From NCBI RefSeq assembly GCF_009914755.1, contig NC_060936.1: 64,000 bases of DNA. One strand, 5' to 3'. This stretch comes from the human T2T-CHM13v2.0 reference genome, Homo sapiens. How positions within the stretch are numbered: position 1 is the stretch's first letter; every line of letters begins with the position of its first letter. A program made the position numbers and the translations under genes. Below are positions 1-11,588 of the stretch, one piece after another. The notes beneath the pieces were generated by a model that did no database searches, was not told where the DNA came from, and saw nothing but the letters and a program-made list of their open reading frames with translations.

Positions 1-2451
1 CACAGGCCAAATGGGAGAGTTGAACAGGGATGTGGTGGGAATCACCACCCCTGCGTCTTTCGAGTCCTTGATGGTAGCATTAATTTCCACAATCCCTCCA
101 GGGATGCGATTTTTTTTTATTTACTATTTTTCTAGCTAGAGGTAGCTCTAAATGGCTTCCATTTTGCCTTTCCCTCCGTAATAGCCCTCACCCTACCAGT
201 CAGGAAGCCAATGTGGGGGTTCTGCCAGCTGCTAAGTATGTCTATGCCAATTATATACTCTGGTCCTGGAAAAATGACCACAAGATGAGTCTGGGGACCC
301 ACTGGACTCACTGTAAGTCAGACCTGAGCTAAAACTCCATTAATTACCTGACCTCCATAAGCCCCTACTTTAACTGGAGGACCACAATGATGTTTTGGGT
401 TCCCTGGAATCAACCTCAGCTCAAAGCCAGTGTCCAGTAGTCCCCAAAATGTCTGATCATTTCCCTTTCCCCAGTACACAGTTACCTTGGTAAAAGGCCA
501 GAGGTCTCCATAGGGAAGGATGGGAAAAAGATTCACGGCATAGTGAATTGAGATCGCACCACTGCACTCCAGCCTGGACGGCAGAGCAAGGCTGCATATC
601 AAAAAAAGATTCACTACATAAATTGTCAGTAATGTAGTGGGGTCCTTCCTCAAGGGGACCTGGCCTTCCCTTTATTCAAGGGGTTCTGGGTTTGTAAACT
701 GGCTCAAGTCTGGAAATTGATTGAGGGGCCGTGATTCTGTTTTTACAATTCAAATTAGTCTTGTCCATTCAACCTAGAAGTTTTCTGCTTATGAAAATTA
801 GGTAGGAATGTAGTAGGCTTCCTATCAATTTTAATTCTAGGAACACTGTAATTAATTAGCCAGTGCCAGCACTCTACAGGAGTCAGTCTATTCTGATTGC
901 CGCTTTGCCTCTTCCGTCCATTATGGTAGCTACACCCACCTTGCCTTTGATGGTTGAGTGCTGCCACCTGGCCTCTGCCACCTTGGGATCCAATTATTCC
1001 CATTGTATTTAAATTTTGTAGTTGAGTGACTGCAGTTCCCACTGTTAGATCTGACATACAGAGAAGAGCAATTACAGGGCTCTTCAAAAATGCAGGTCCT
1101 GCCCTCACAAATCTATTTCACAAGGCATTGGTCAAGGGTGTATCTTCTGACCCTCTCTACTGGGATGAGTAGGTCTAAAGTGACTAATCCACTCCACCAT
1201 CCCAATCTCCCTAAGCCTTTGGATCCCTTCCTCTACATTAAACTGAGGGAGATGAGGCATTTCCAGCTCACTCACAGTGGGCTATCTTTTAATCCATATT
1301 TTAGCTAACCAAGAAATAAACTCTTGGACCCTTTTTTAACTCCCCAAGCTGAGACATTAAATGCAGAGTCCCTATTTAGTGGGCCCAAATCAATAAATTC
1401 AGCCTGATCCAACTCTATGTTCCTTCCACCATTATCCCACACCCTTAATATCAATTCCCATGCCTGTTCTCCAGATTTCTGTTTATATAAATTAGAAAAC
1501 TCAAGCAGTTATTTTCAAGTGTAGGACCCCTCCTCATGGGTCACACTCTCAACCTTACCTCTAGGTGCCTGCCGGGACTTTAGTCCAGTTACAGGTCTAG
1601 AGGCAAACAAGGTTGTTGGGGGTGGCTCCTGAGAAGAATCAACATTATCTTGCCTGCCAACTGCCTCAAGGGAGGCCATCACTATTGCCTCAGGCAGTGC
1701 AGGGTTTATCTCCCCAGACAAAGGTGGAAAGGCTGATGGCAGCATGGGTCAGGGTGGGGATGTTGCCACTACTGGGGATGGGGAAGCTGTTTTTTTCTAG
1801 CAAAAAGCATTGTCAGAATTTACAAACTCAGTGTCCCCAGCTTCATCAGCGTCCTCCCGGGCATCCTATTCCAAGTTGCAGGGTCTCATTCTTTTCCAAT
1901 CAATGCCCTCACTTTAACAGTAGGCACCTGGTGGGGCTGTGCATGCACCTTTCATTGCAGGTCAGCTACTCACATAATAAGAGCTTGTGTCTATTTTTCA
2001 ACAATTTCAGCTCTTTCTCTACAAGAGATAAGACTGTCACTCAGGGCAATCTTAGCAAATTTTGAGGCTCAGTGTCTGCTTCTGAAGCCAGGAGTTAGAA
2101 TCCCTGAGTTCATCATTTTCTCTCAACACTTTGTCTACTGAACTTAGGAGCACCCAACCAGCTTTGTTATGTTCCTTGGTTCTCCACATATGTCAAAGGT
2201 ATTATGTATAGAGTCACTAAACTTGCCTGTCACAAGCAGTGAATCAGGAGTGTCAAATGCATTTATGTTGCATAACTCTCCAAACGGTTCACACCAAGGA
2301 CTATCAGTGTTCTCCATACTATTAGAAGTAGAGTCCTTAGCATTTTTCGGTCTAATCATATGAAGCAGCCAACTCCAGAAGCCCCAAAACCAATGAAAGA
2401 ACTCCATCCTTAATACTCTGTTCCTCTAGAACCACTCCTTGTACCAAAATC
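1..2451 (-). mobile_element. HERV-L (ERVL) internal region: decayed gag and protease; continues left of window
   Basis: Minus-strand ORF fragments resemble HERV-L gag/pro, including the aspartic protease motif TFWGLLDTG (ORF 318-653). A tRNA-Leu-type PBS (TGGTACAAGGAGTGGT on -, 2431-2446) abuts the LTR. The reading frame is broken. Confidence 0.9.
543..607 (+). mobile_element. Severely 5'-truncated Alu nested in HERV-L
   Basis: GAGATCGCACCACTGCACTCCAGCCTGG plus short A tail, flanked by ~17-bp TSD aaaagattcacGGcata / aaaagattcacTAcata. Confidence 0.85.
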
Positions 2452-2490
2452 TGTATTAGTCAGAGTTCTCTAGAGGAACAGAACTAATGG

Positions 2491-2535
<45 letters not shown>

Positions 2536-2915
2536 AGAGTTTATTAAGTATTAACTCACATGATCACGAGGTCCCACAATAGGCTGTCTGCCAGCTGCGG
2601 AGCAAGGAGAGCCAGTCAGAGTTCCAAAGCTGAAGAACTTGGAGTCCAATGTTCGAGGGCAGGAAGCATCCAGCATGGGAGAAAGACGTAGGCTGGGAGG
2701 CTAAGCCAATCTCAGATCTTCACGTTTTTCTGCCTGCTTTAGATTTGCTGGCAGCTGATTAGATGGTGCCCACCCAGATTAAGGGTGGGTCTGCCTTCCC
2801 CCGCCCACTGACTGATATGTTAATCTCTTTTGGCAACACCTTCACAGATACACCCAGGATCAATACTTTGCATCCTTCAATCCAATCAAGTTGATACTCA
2901 GTATTAACCATCACA
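2452..2915 (-). mobile_element. MLT2A-type LTR (5' LTR of the HERV-L)
   Basis: TG...CA termini (minus strand starts TGTGATGGTTAATACTGAG); PBS adjacent; internal (GATA)n typical of MLT2A. Confidence 0.88.
2490..2534. repeat. (GATA)n microsatellite inside the LTR
   Basis: About 11 GATA units read directly. Confidence 0.95.
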
Positions 2916-3039
2916 AGATTCTTACATTACTACTAATAAACAAGAACTGAAAACAAAAACAAAAACAAAAACAAACCGAGACAGATCCCCCATTTGTCTC
3001 TCTTCACTCCCTCTTCTCTTCTTCCACATGTCTCTGCAG

Positions 3040-3121
3040 TCTTTTCTGCAGCAGCCATTTGTTCAAAGAGCCCACTTCCTTGAACAGCTGCTTGCCAGGC
3101 TGCATGGTCATATAATGTTAG
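3040..3121 (+). pseudogene. Pseudo-exon 1 (SFLQQPFVQRAHFLEQLLARLHGHIML)
   Basis: Long pyrimidine tract + ctgcag acceptor; TAG|gtgaag donor; phase 0 in, 1 out; no stop. Confidence 0.55.
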
Positions 3122-3231
3122 GTGAAGAGTGAAGAGCTCTGCATGAGGCCCCACTGTCTATCTAAGAGCAAGGGTTCTTGCCTCAAAAAAAAAAAAAAAA
3201 AAAAAAAGGCCTATCAAATGGTATAAACTAG

Positions 3232-3425
3232 GATTTAGCAAACTATGGCCCATAACCTGTTTCTGTTAATAAAGCTTTATTGGAACACACCAACGCCCAC
3301 TCATTTGTGCATTGCCTGTGGCTGTTTCAACATTGTAATGGCAGAATTGCAAGAGACTGCATGGCCCACAAAGCCTAAAATGTTTACTATCTGTCTCTTT
3401 ACAGAAAAGGTGTGCTGACCCCTGG
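3232..3425 (+). mobile_element. MER58A-like hAT DNA transposon remnant
   Basis: gcaaactatggccc ... aataaagctttattggaacac ... tgctgacccctg, typical MER58 motifs. Confidence 0.7.
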
Positions 3426-3542
3426 CCTATACAATTAAGAAATGCTTGCCTCTGTGGCTTCCAATCACAGCAAAATTTTTTGTCTTGCAGAATAGATATG
3501 AAACCTTTTTCAAAAATACTGATTCTTCTATTACAGTGGTTT

Positions 3543-3544
<2 letters not shown>

Positions 3545-3581
<37 letters not shown>

Positions 3582-3846
3582 TTGAGACAGAGTCTTGCTC
3601 TGTCACTCAGGCTGGAGTGCATTGGTACAATCTCAGCTCACTGAAATCTCTGCCTCCTGGGTTCAAGTGATTCTCTTGTCTCAGCCTCCCGAGTAGGTGG
3701 GATTACAGGTGTGCACCACCACACCCGGCTAATTTTTGTGTTTTTAGTAGAGACAGGATTTCGTCATTGTTGGCCAGGCTGGCCTCAAACTCCTGACCTC
3801 AAGTCGTCCACCCTCCTTGGCCTCCCAAAGTGCTGGGATTACAGGT
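3545..3846 (-). mobile_element. Alu (antisense) with TTTTG tail
   Basis: gagacagagtcttgctctgtc...ctcccaaagtgctgggattacagg. Confidence 0.95.
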
Positions 3847-4440
3847 ATTACAGTGTTTTAACCTGTAATATATGTAACCTGACAATGTGTAAGTGAGAAG
3901 TGCCCAATATACTCTTAGTTCTGAAATTGGCTAACTGGAAAACCCTTGCTCTCACGTTTTTCTTTGTGAACTCGTTCTTCCTGCCATTCCCTCTCTCATT
4001 CTGTAATATTTAAGTGAACTCATACTCACTTCAAACCTTCCTCTGTTATCACTAGAATATGGCCTCTGGAAAAAAAATCTTCACAATTCATTCTTACACA
4101 AGTGTGAGGGAATTTAGGCTTAAGGGATATACACTCTCATCTTTCCAAGTACAGCCAGTACATTTCTCCCTTTTGGGTTTCCCCGCATCTTATAAATGTC
4201 TCCATCATAATTTCTAAAACACTATATTGTGTTTCTTTTAAATTCATCTGCCCCCAAGAATCAAAACCTTCCTGAGAGCAGAGACTGCTTCTTATTTATC
4301 TTTGAACCTCTAGCATCCAGTACCCAGAAAGAGTCTACTTCCAAAAAGATGAATGGAAGAAGGAAGACAGGCAGGTTGGCAGGCTTCTTGGATTACCGTT
4401 CCACTTATCTATCCCCAATGCATTTGCATTTTAACAAAAG

Positions 4441-4498
4441 ACAGCTTGAAGCCAAGCAGTGAAACTGTGTTGGTGGAAATTTTAAACATCAGAAGCAA
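4441..4498 (+). pseudogene. Pseudo-exon 2 (D-SLKPSSETVLVEILNIRS)
   Basis: aaag acceptor (weak); CAA|gtgagg donor; phase 1 in, 2 out; no stop. Confidence 0.45.
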
Positions 4499-4589
4499 GT
4501 GAGGGAGATGCTTTTGTGGATAGGGAAACATTCCTAGCATCCCTTCAATTTTATATTCATAGGAAGCATCCATCTTACCTAATTTTCAG

Positions 4590-4672
4590 GTCAGCCCTGA
4601 AAGAGAGAAGAGAAACGTACATGCTACATTTCTATAAGACTATAGACTAACCTTCCAATGCTCAAATAGAAA
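4590..4672 (+). pseudogene. Pseudo-exon 3 (K-SALKERRETYMLHFYKTID*PSNAQIE)
   Basis: cctaattttcag acceptor; AAA|gtagga donor; phase 2 in, 1 out; 1 stop. Confidence 0.5.
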
Positions 4673-4991
4673 GTAGGAGAAAAATTAAATACATCCATAT
4701 TAGCCACTGGGGCAACACTAACATGAAAGCCAACTGATGAGATATTTGAAAGTTTGTCTTGAGGAAAAAACAAACAAAGAAAGTATTAAATGCCAGTAAA
4801 ACTTCCCCCAAAGTCAGAGTCATCTGGGGTTACCAATAGGGGGCAGCAGGACCTGGAGTTAAAATCTACTGGAGTCAAACTCCCTGAATTTAAATCCTAG
4901 CTCCACTTCTCTGTGGCAACAAGATCTTGCACAATTTCCTTAACCACTTGAAACTTCGATGTTTTTAATCCACAAAGTGGAGACACAAATA

Positions 4992-5332
4992 CAGTCAGGC
5001 ACTGTATTAATGATGCTTTTGTCAACAATGGGCCTCATATACAATAGTGGTCCCGTAAGATTATCATAACGTAGTTTTGCTCTACCTAGTTTATGTTTAG
5101 ATACACAAATACTTCCCATTGTGTTACTGCTGCCTACATTATTCAGTACCATAACACGGTGTACAGGTTTGTAGCCTGGGAACCCCCAGTGACACCTTAC
5201 AGCCTAGGTGTGTAGTAGGCTACACACCATTGAGGTTTGTGTAAGTTCACTCTGTGATGTTCACACAATGACAAAATTGCCTGAGGATGCATTTCTCAGA
5301 ACGTATCCCCATCATTAAGCAATGCACACCTG
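4992..5332 (+). mobile_element. Tigger3-like (Tc1/mariner) MITE
   Basis: CAGTCA...CTG termini with TA duplications; gtggtcccgtaagattat and gtatccccatcattaagc motifs. Confidence 0.75.
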
Positions 5333-5796
5333 TAGTGTTCCTCTCACAGGTCTTTCTTTTGAACTGGTTAATAATATAACTCAAATAGTAGCTATGGTTA
5401 TTCTTAGAGAAACCATTCATTCAGCACCTCCCACATGTAAGTCATTGACTTATCCTTTCTAAAATTTTCTAACCCCAGAGCTAAATATTCTAACATCAGG
5501 CACATCAAATGTAATGTATCTGACCTTTAGGTTCAATACAATATTATACCCCACAGGCTTTTATTTAAAACCCCTTATGTCCCTAGCACTGTCTGTTAAC
5601 TGTAGAACATACTAGAGGAGAAGACTCTGTCAGCTTCTTCGGGGCTTTAAGGCTTGTTGGACAGGATTCAGAGACTACTAGGCAGTGTACTGCTCATTAC
5701 TCAAAAGAGAAGACTGCAGCCTTGGGGAGCCTTCCTGATATGGGCATGGTGCAAGGGGAACCACGTGCCACTCTTCCAGCAGCATCAGCTCATCTG

Positions 5797-5879
5797 TTAG
5801 GCTGGTGCAAAAGTAATTACGGGTTTTGCCATTACTTTTAATTGCGTCAAAAACTGCAATTACATTTGCACCAACCTAA
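5797..5879. mobile_element. MADE1 mariner-derived MITE (full palindrome)
   Basis: ttaggctggtgcaaaagtaatt ... aattacatttgcaccaacctaa inverted termini, ~83 bp. Confidence 0.92.
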
Positions 5880-6118
5880 TAGAATGTAAGTTCCAGGAAA
5901 GTGGGATTTTCATCTGTTTTGTTTATTGCCTTATCCCCGGTACCTAGAACACTGCCTGGCACTTAGTAGGTGTCCAATAAATGTTTAAGGAAAGAAAAAG
6001 AAAAGAAAAAGGAAATTGATTGGTAGTTGGGTTTGGACATGCCTTTTAGGGAAAAATTGTATGGTTCCCTTTTGTTTCGTGTATTTTCTCCTCCAACTAT
6101 TTATCTGACTCCCTCCAG

Positions 6119-6265
6119 CTCCTCTTGACCTCCTCGATCTTCCTTATAGTTTTGTGCTTGTCTCTGAGTGTACTTTGGGTTTGTGGGGATTTGTACAAAT
6201 ATTGCTTAATCCCACAAGGGAGTATGTTGAGTGTTTTCCATAAAAAACAGTAACCTAGAAAGAAG
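6119..6265 (+). pseudogene. Pseudo-exon 4 (T-PLDLLDLPYSFVLVSECTLGLWGFVQILLNPTREYVECFP*KTVT*KE)
   Basis: Strong acceptor (ctgactccctccag after long pyrimidine tract); AAG|gtgaga donor; phase 1/1; 2 stops. Confidence 0.6.
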
Positions 6266-6426
6266 GTGAGATTTCTGGGCAGTTGCCAGCAGTTACCATG
6301 GTGCTCTGAACACATGTCCTCAAAAAATATTACTGATTTGACCCCACAGCCACAGTACATGGCATTTCTCACACATGATGAGACTCTTAAGAGGCATCTC
6401 TGTTCTGTGTTCAAACTGATGTATAG

Positions 6427-6684
6427 GGTACAAGTCTTCCATTTGTTCACTCTGCATTTATGAGAAATCGCCATCATAGTACCGGATTCCAGGCGGTAAA
6501 CTAGAAGCTCATCATCCTATCTGCTTCTCATTTGCGTTTCCAACAAATGGAATACTTTGATAGAAAGTTGAATTGGAAACCATAGTCGAACATACAAAAG
6601 CGCATTCCCAACAATTTTTTGAAACTCATAATGGAAAAATATATCCCAGATTTAACCAAGAGAACTGTAGTTCAATAATTGGCA
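6427..6684 (+). pseudogene. Pseudo-exon 5 (G-YKSSICSLCIYEK...EAHHPICFSFAFPTNGIL**KVELET...ENCSSIIG)
   Basis: ctgatgtatag acceptor; GCA|gtacag donor (weak); phase 1/1; 3 stops; STAT-DBD-like E..H.I.F...G...K.(E/D)LET pattern. Confidence 0.55.
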
Positions 6685-7526
6685 GTACAGTTGTCATTTC
6701 TCTTTTGATTATTTTAAAAAGAGATTTTTAGAAAAAGTTTGTTACTGATGCTTAATTTGTTCTTCCTGTGTAATCAACCCATAGTTATAAGCAAGCATTC
6801 CAAATTGCACTATATTTCTTGCATAGGGTAAAACATTATGATTCTTAAAATGGAATGCCAACTTTTTCTAGTCACACAATTGCTGAAAAGCTGCCTGCTG
6901 AAAAAGACTACATTTACCATGAACTCTTACTACCAGACAAGGACTATAGTTTCTGATGAATAGGGCCTGATAAGGCTGCCTGATTAAAAAACAAAAATCA
7001 CTGGGCAACATTCGTAGCAAAGGAAAAGATAAGACTATGCTTTATCCAAGTTGCAGTGCCTTCAATAAGATTTTTATTCCTTTTAGACACACATATCACT
7101 AAAGGGCAGTTGTACTTCCCATATTCTCTAGCCTTTGTTATTATTTTTTCTTAAAATTTGCACCTGGGAATTAAAGGCTAGGAGTCCTTGGCTTAAGTCT
7201 GCTGCACAGAAGGAATCTTTTAAAAATGTAAGTGATCTATTAGTCATATTTCTAAAAGGGGAGCTTTGAATTAATCATCTTCAAACGTTTCTGCCAAGAT
7301 AAAGGTCACCACACAATTACTGTCCTCACCCACTGGCCACAGAAGGAGAGAAGGAGAATGATGCTCCTGGATCTCACACTAGAGCATGCAGGATGCAGGC
7401 AGCCTCACGTGGCACACTTGCTTTCCACATAAGGAAACGGTGGCCCGGGGAAGCGACAGGCCAAGGTCACAGTTGGGAATCTGGGTCCTAAGTTGGGTGC
7501 CCTTGCCACTCAATAGGACTGCCCCA

Positions 7527-8291
7527 TATTCGTTTCCTGTGGCTGCTATGATAAATTACCATAAATCAGGTGACTTTAAAAAACAGAAATTTATCCTCTT
7601 TCCATTCTGGAAATCAGAAGTCTGAAATCACAGTTTGGGCAGAGCCACACTTCCCCTGAAGGCTCTAGGGGAGGACTTTCGCTTGCTTTTTCATCCAGGC
7701 GTTCATTGGCTTGTGGCTGCCTCCCTTTAATCTCTGCCTCTGTTCGTCTTCACATACCCTTCTCTCTTCGCTGTGTCTCTTCTCTTAGTGTCTTTTTTTT
7801 TTTCTTTTTTTTGAGATGGAGTCTCACCCTGTCACCCAGGCTGGAGTGTAGTGGCGTAATCTCAGCTCACTGCAACCTCTGCCTCTCAGATTCAAGCTAT
7901 TCTCATGCCCCAGTCTCCTGAGTAGCTGGGACTACAGGCGTGCGCCACCACATCGGGCTAATTTTTTGTATTTTTAGTAGAGACAGGGTCCCACCATCTT
8001 GGCCAGCTGGTCTCGAACTTCTGACTTCAGGTGATCCGCCCACCTTGGTCTCCCGAAGTACTGGGATTACAGGCGTGAGCTACTGAGCCTGGACTCTTAA
8101 GTGTCTTTTATAAGGACATTTGTCGTTGGATTTAGGGCCCACTCAGACAATCCCGAATAATCTCATCTCTAGATCATTAATTTAATCATATCTACTAAGA
8201 CCCTTTTTACAAATAAGGCCATATGCACATGTTCCAGGGGTTAGGATGTGGACATATCACTTTTGGGGGGGCCACCATTCAAACCATTATA
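7527..8291 (-). mobile_element. MaLR LTR (MLT1B/C-like) interrupted by an Alu
   Basis: tttcctgtggctgct...aaacagaaatttat...gggttaggatgtggacatat MLT1 motifs on both sides of the Alu. Confidence 0.75.
7792..8092 (-). mobile_element. Alu (antisense)
   Basis: Full Alu with poly-T and TSD ctctta(a)gtgtcttttt. Confidence 0.95.
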
Positions 8292-8853
8292 CCCCATTCT
8301 TTTTCCTAAAGTAGTAGCCATCATCACATCATTTTAAAAGTTTTGTAGTGCATTAAAATAGTTGGTAGTCTCTTTTTCTCTTCTTCCCATTCACAAGTCT
8401 TCTTGGAGTCAGACCTGCATATTTGAATTTCTAATTCTAGCTCTGTCATTCACTACAACATTGCGACCTTAGGTAAGTTCCTTATGCATCCCTCTAAGCC
8501 TCAGTTTCCTCTGGTCTAAAATAAGAACAGTAATATCCACTACATAGGGTGCTTGTGAAAATCAATATGATAATGCATGTAAAGCACGTAACAAAGTGTC
8601 TAAGAAGAATCAGTTCTCAGTAAACGCCAGCTGATTTTAAATTAGAATAATATTCACCAAGATCAGTCTATTGCTTACAAAATGTAGACATTTGAGGTCT
8701 ACTGGGGGACCCATTTCCAGCAGCCAGAGACATTTCTGGCACCAGCACGTGAGAGCTGCCTCATTGTTGAGTGCTGACACATGGGTGCACGGCCTGCTCA
8801 GCAGTGGGGTTGGGGGGGAATTCCCGGGATGCTCTGAATTGTTGCTTTCTCAG

Positions 8854-8992
8854 CCCACACCATGGACCTTCAGATCTTCAGCAGAGCATAGAATAAGGAG
8901 ACGTTCTGGTACCAGAAGGGAGACGAGACTATTCCAGCAGCCATGGGACTAGTCCCTTCGGATCTGACCAGCTTGGGGCAACGCAACTCAGG
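8854..8992 (+). pseudogene. Pseudo-exon 6 (T-HTMDLQIFSRA*NKETFWYQKGDETIPAAMGLVPSDLTSLGQRNS)
   Basis: ctgaattgttgctttctcag acceptor; AGG|gttagt donor; phase 1 in, 2 out; 1 stop. Confidence 0.6.
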
Positions 8993-9827
8993 GTTAGTGA
9001 AAGAGTGGCTATATTGGGGTTTCTACATGGTGGGTGGGGGTGGGGAAAGCCAGTGGAAGGGTGTCCTGCTCTAGAGAGCTGCAAAGTCTGGGTCAGACAC
9101 CCAGTTATACAACCTTCTGGGTTCCAAAGCTTGTCCTGAAGCAAAGAACCAGAATAGCCAAGCATAAAACCAAAAAAAAAAAAAAAAAAAAAAAAAAGCA
9201 TTTATCAAGGATATTTGTTTAGTTGTATTTTTCTAAACAAATAAAGGGTGGCATGGAGTTATACTGTACTTACACGGTGACAATGGGTTGCCAGCCACAC
9301 CCCAAATAGTTTGCATTTATTATTAGTTTATTCACCAGCTTAGTCCTCCTGTGAGGAAATCCAATCTCTAAAAATATTCTTCCCTGTCCTCTTCACACTG
9401 GGCACCCCTACCCCACACAGACACCACTTTGCTTAGGGGAGGGAGATAAGAATTCTGAATTCACTACAGTGATTGCTTCCAGTGGATGGTCAATCCAGAA
9501 TTGGAGACAATCCTGCATGAATGCCACATTTATTAAAAAAAAAAAAACCCTAATATTTAGAACAGCCAAAAGAAGATACCAGTTCGGATACACACTGCAC
9601 CCACCGTGAGACCTAAATTCAGTCATGCTGAACTCATTACAGCTATTTGAGTTAATTTCATTCATCCAACGATCCGAGCAACCCCAGCTGACACAGACCC
9701 GGGTCTTTTCTAGAGTGCCCAGAAATCCAGTCCACTGCCAGGCATGGAATTGACATAGAGGCACATTTTCCGCACCAATCCATGTCTCTTCATGTTACTG
9801 GTGCAGATGTTCTGATTGCTTTCCTAG

Positions 9828-10136
9828 GTCTCTGCATGGCTACAATGGTGGTTCTTGATATTTTTATTAACTCATGCTGTCTTTTGATGAACAAAATATA
9901 TTTCATGCCACAGAAATTTTGTTATGCCCTTCCAGAGGCATATTCACCTTTCCAGAATTAGCATTAGTGGGTTTTGAACACCAAGGCAAAAAGTCAAGGT
10001 CATGGATCAAGCCGTTCACAAGCCGGTTATCTTCTCCCTGCTCCCTATGTGCAAATTCAACTCCAAATTTGACCTTTGTGCTCCCAAATGGATGCATGAT
10101 GTCAGAAGGTATCCCAGATGAGCAAAATGGATGTGG
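9828..10136 (+). pseudogene. Pseudo-exon 7 (G-SLHGYNGGS*YFY*LMLSFDEQ...ILLCPSRGIFTFPEL...EQNGC)
   Basis: ctgattgctttcctag acceptor; TGG|gtaacg donor; 309 nt, phase 2/2; contains ORF-track ORF 9874-10140; 2 stops. Confidence 0.6.
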
Positions 10137-10230
10137 GTAACGTAACCAACCACTTTTAACTGGGGGAGGGTGAGCACTCAAACTGTATTCTGCTTTTGTA
10201 TATACATACAATTATTCATTTATGTTCCAG

Positions 10231-10278
10231 AACGGAAAAACAAATGCAATTGAGGACTGTCAGTATTTCGATCTATAG
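10231..10278 (+). pseudogene. Pseudo-exon 8 (G-TEKQMQLRTVSISIY)
   Basis: ttcatttatgttccag acceptor; TAG|gtcaac donor (weak); phase 2/2; no stop. Confidence 0.5.
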
Positions 10279-11588
10279 GTCAACATGTCTATTTATTCAA
10301 CAAGCTTATCTGAATACTTGTTCTATGTCAGATTCCATGCTAACAGATTAGATTCGGTGATATATAAGATCCAGTATGAATCTTCAACGTGTTTATTATA
10401 AAGAGACAAGGTAGGAGTAGGGAAGGGAAGGGAAGAGAGAGAATTGTCCCTCCCTGAGTGGGTCGGAAAAGATTTATGGAGGAGGAGTGTCTAAGCTAGA
10501 ATTTAAAGATGAATACAAGTTTTTCAGGCAGACAAAGTACAGCTAGGCAGGCAGATGGGAACTACCTGAGCCAAGGCATGGAGGCGTAAAGTGCACAGTG
10601 TGTTTAAAGAACAGTACACAGCTAGCTATTCTTGGAGTACACATTCTGCAGGAGTTTGTGTAGGGAAATGGCAATGATCAATCACTCTGAGTATATGTGG
10701 ATTGGGTTATTGTTCCATTTACTTAACAAATGTTTACTGAGCCCTTGCTAAACAGAGGAATTCAGACCAGGAGCTGGACCTAAGGGTGATAAGGAAAATA
10801 TGACATGAATCTACAAAACATAAGATACTTTTCATGAGAGAAGATGGTTTCATTCATTCATATTCATCAGCAACAATGGATTAAGTTCTAAATTAGCACC
10901 TACCAACACAAATGATTATAAGACATGTTTTTTGTACTTAAAGAGTGTCAGTCTAATGGAAAAAACACATAAATAAAACATGATATTATAATATATTCAA
11001 TAATCAGTCTAATAGCATTTATTGGCTGCTTACCAAGTTCTGGACACTGATCTAAGTGCTTTATATTGATTAATTTAGCCCATCCTCACACAATATTATT
11101 ATTGTCTGCATTTCCCAAATGGCAAAGTAAGGACTGGAGAGGTTACTCAAGTTGTTCAACCAAGGGTCACACTGCTAAGATTAAAATCCACGAAATTTGA
11201 CCCCACATTCTTAACCACCACTCCAGAGGACTATAGAAGCATGGAACAGAAACACAGAAGCCATCCAAGAAGGGGTTGGGGAAGATGAATCCTTCCACCC
11301 CAACAGTAGTTACACGCTCTCTGAGGTCTCCGGGGAATAGAAAACCAGTTTATAGAATCTTGGGAAACTACCAAACTTAATGATACTAGAGTGTATACAT
11401 CTAGAGTTCAAGCTCACAATAGTCCATTTTTTTCCCAAAAATTCCCCTACATTACATTTCTCATTCAAATTATTGTAACTTTTTCAATCCCCGCCCTCTT
11501 TAAATGCTAAAATCTCATTATATGCTTCTTAGATTTTTATCAAGAGACCTATATAGTTGATGGGGAAGCTTCTGACATTTCTCTTCAG

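Noticed and set aside
318-2407. Functional HERV-L gag/protease genes
   Set aside because: Fragmented across frames with stops and an Alu insertion.
6097-6477. 126-aa minus-strand ORF (and 9903-10211, 102 aa)
   Set aside because: No recognisable protein; both lie antisense to pseudo-exons and are best explained as shadows of former coding sequence or chance.
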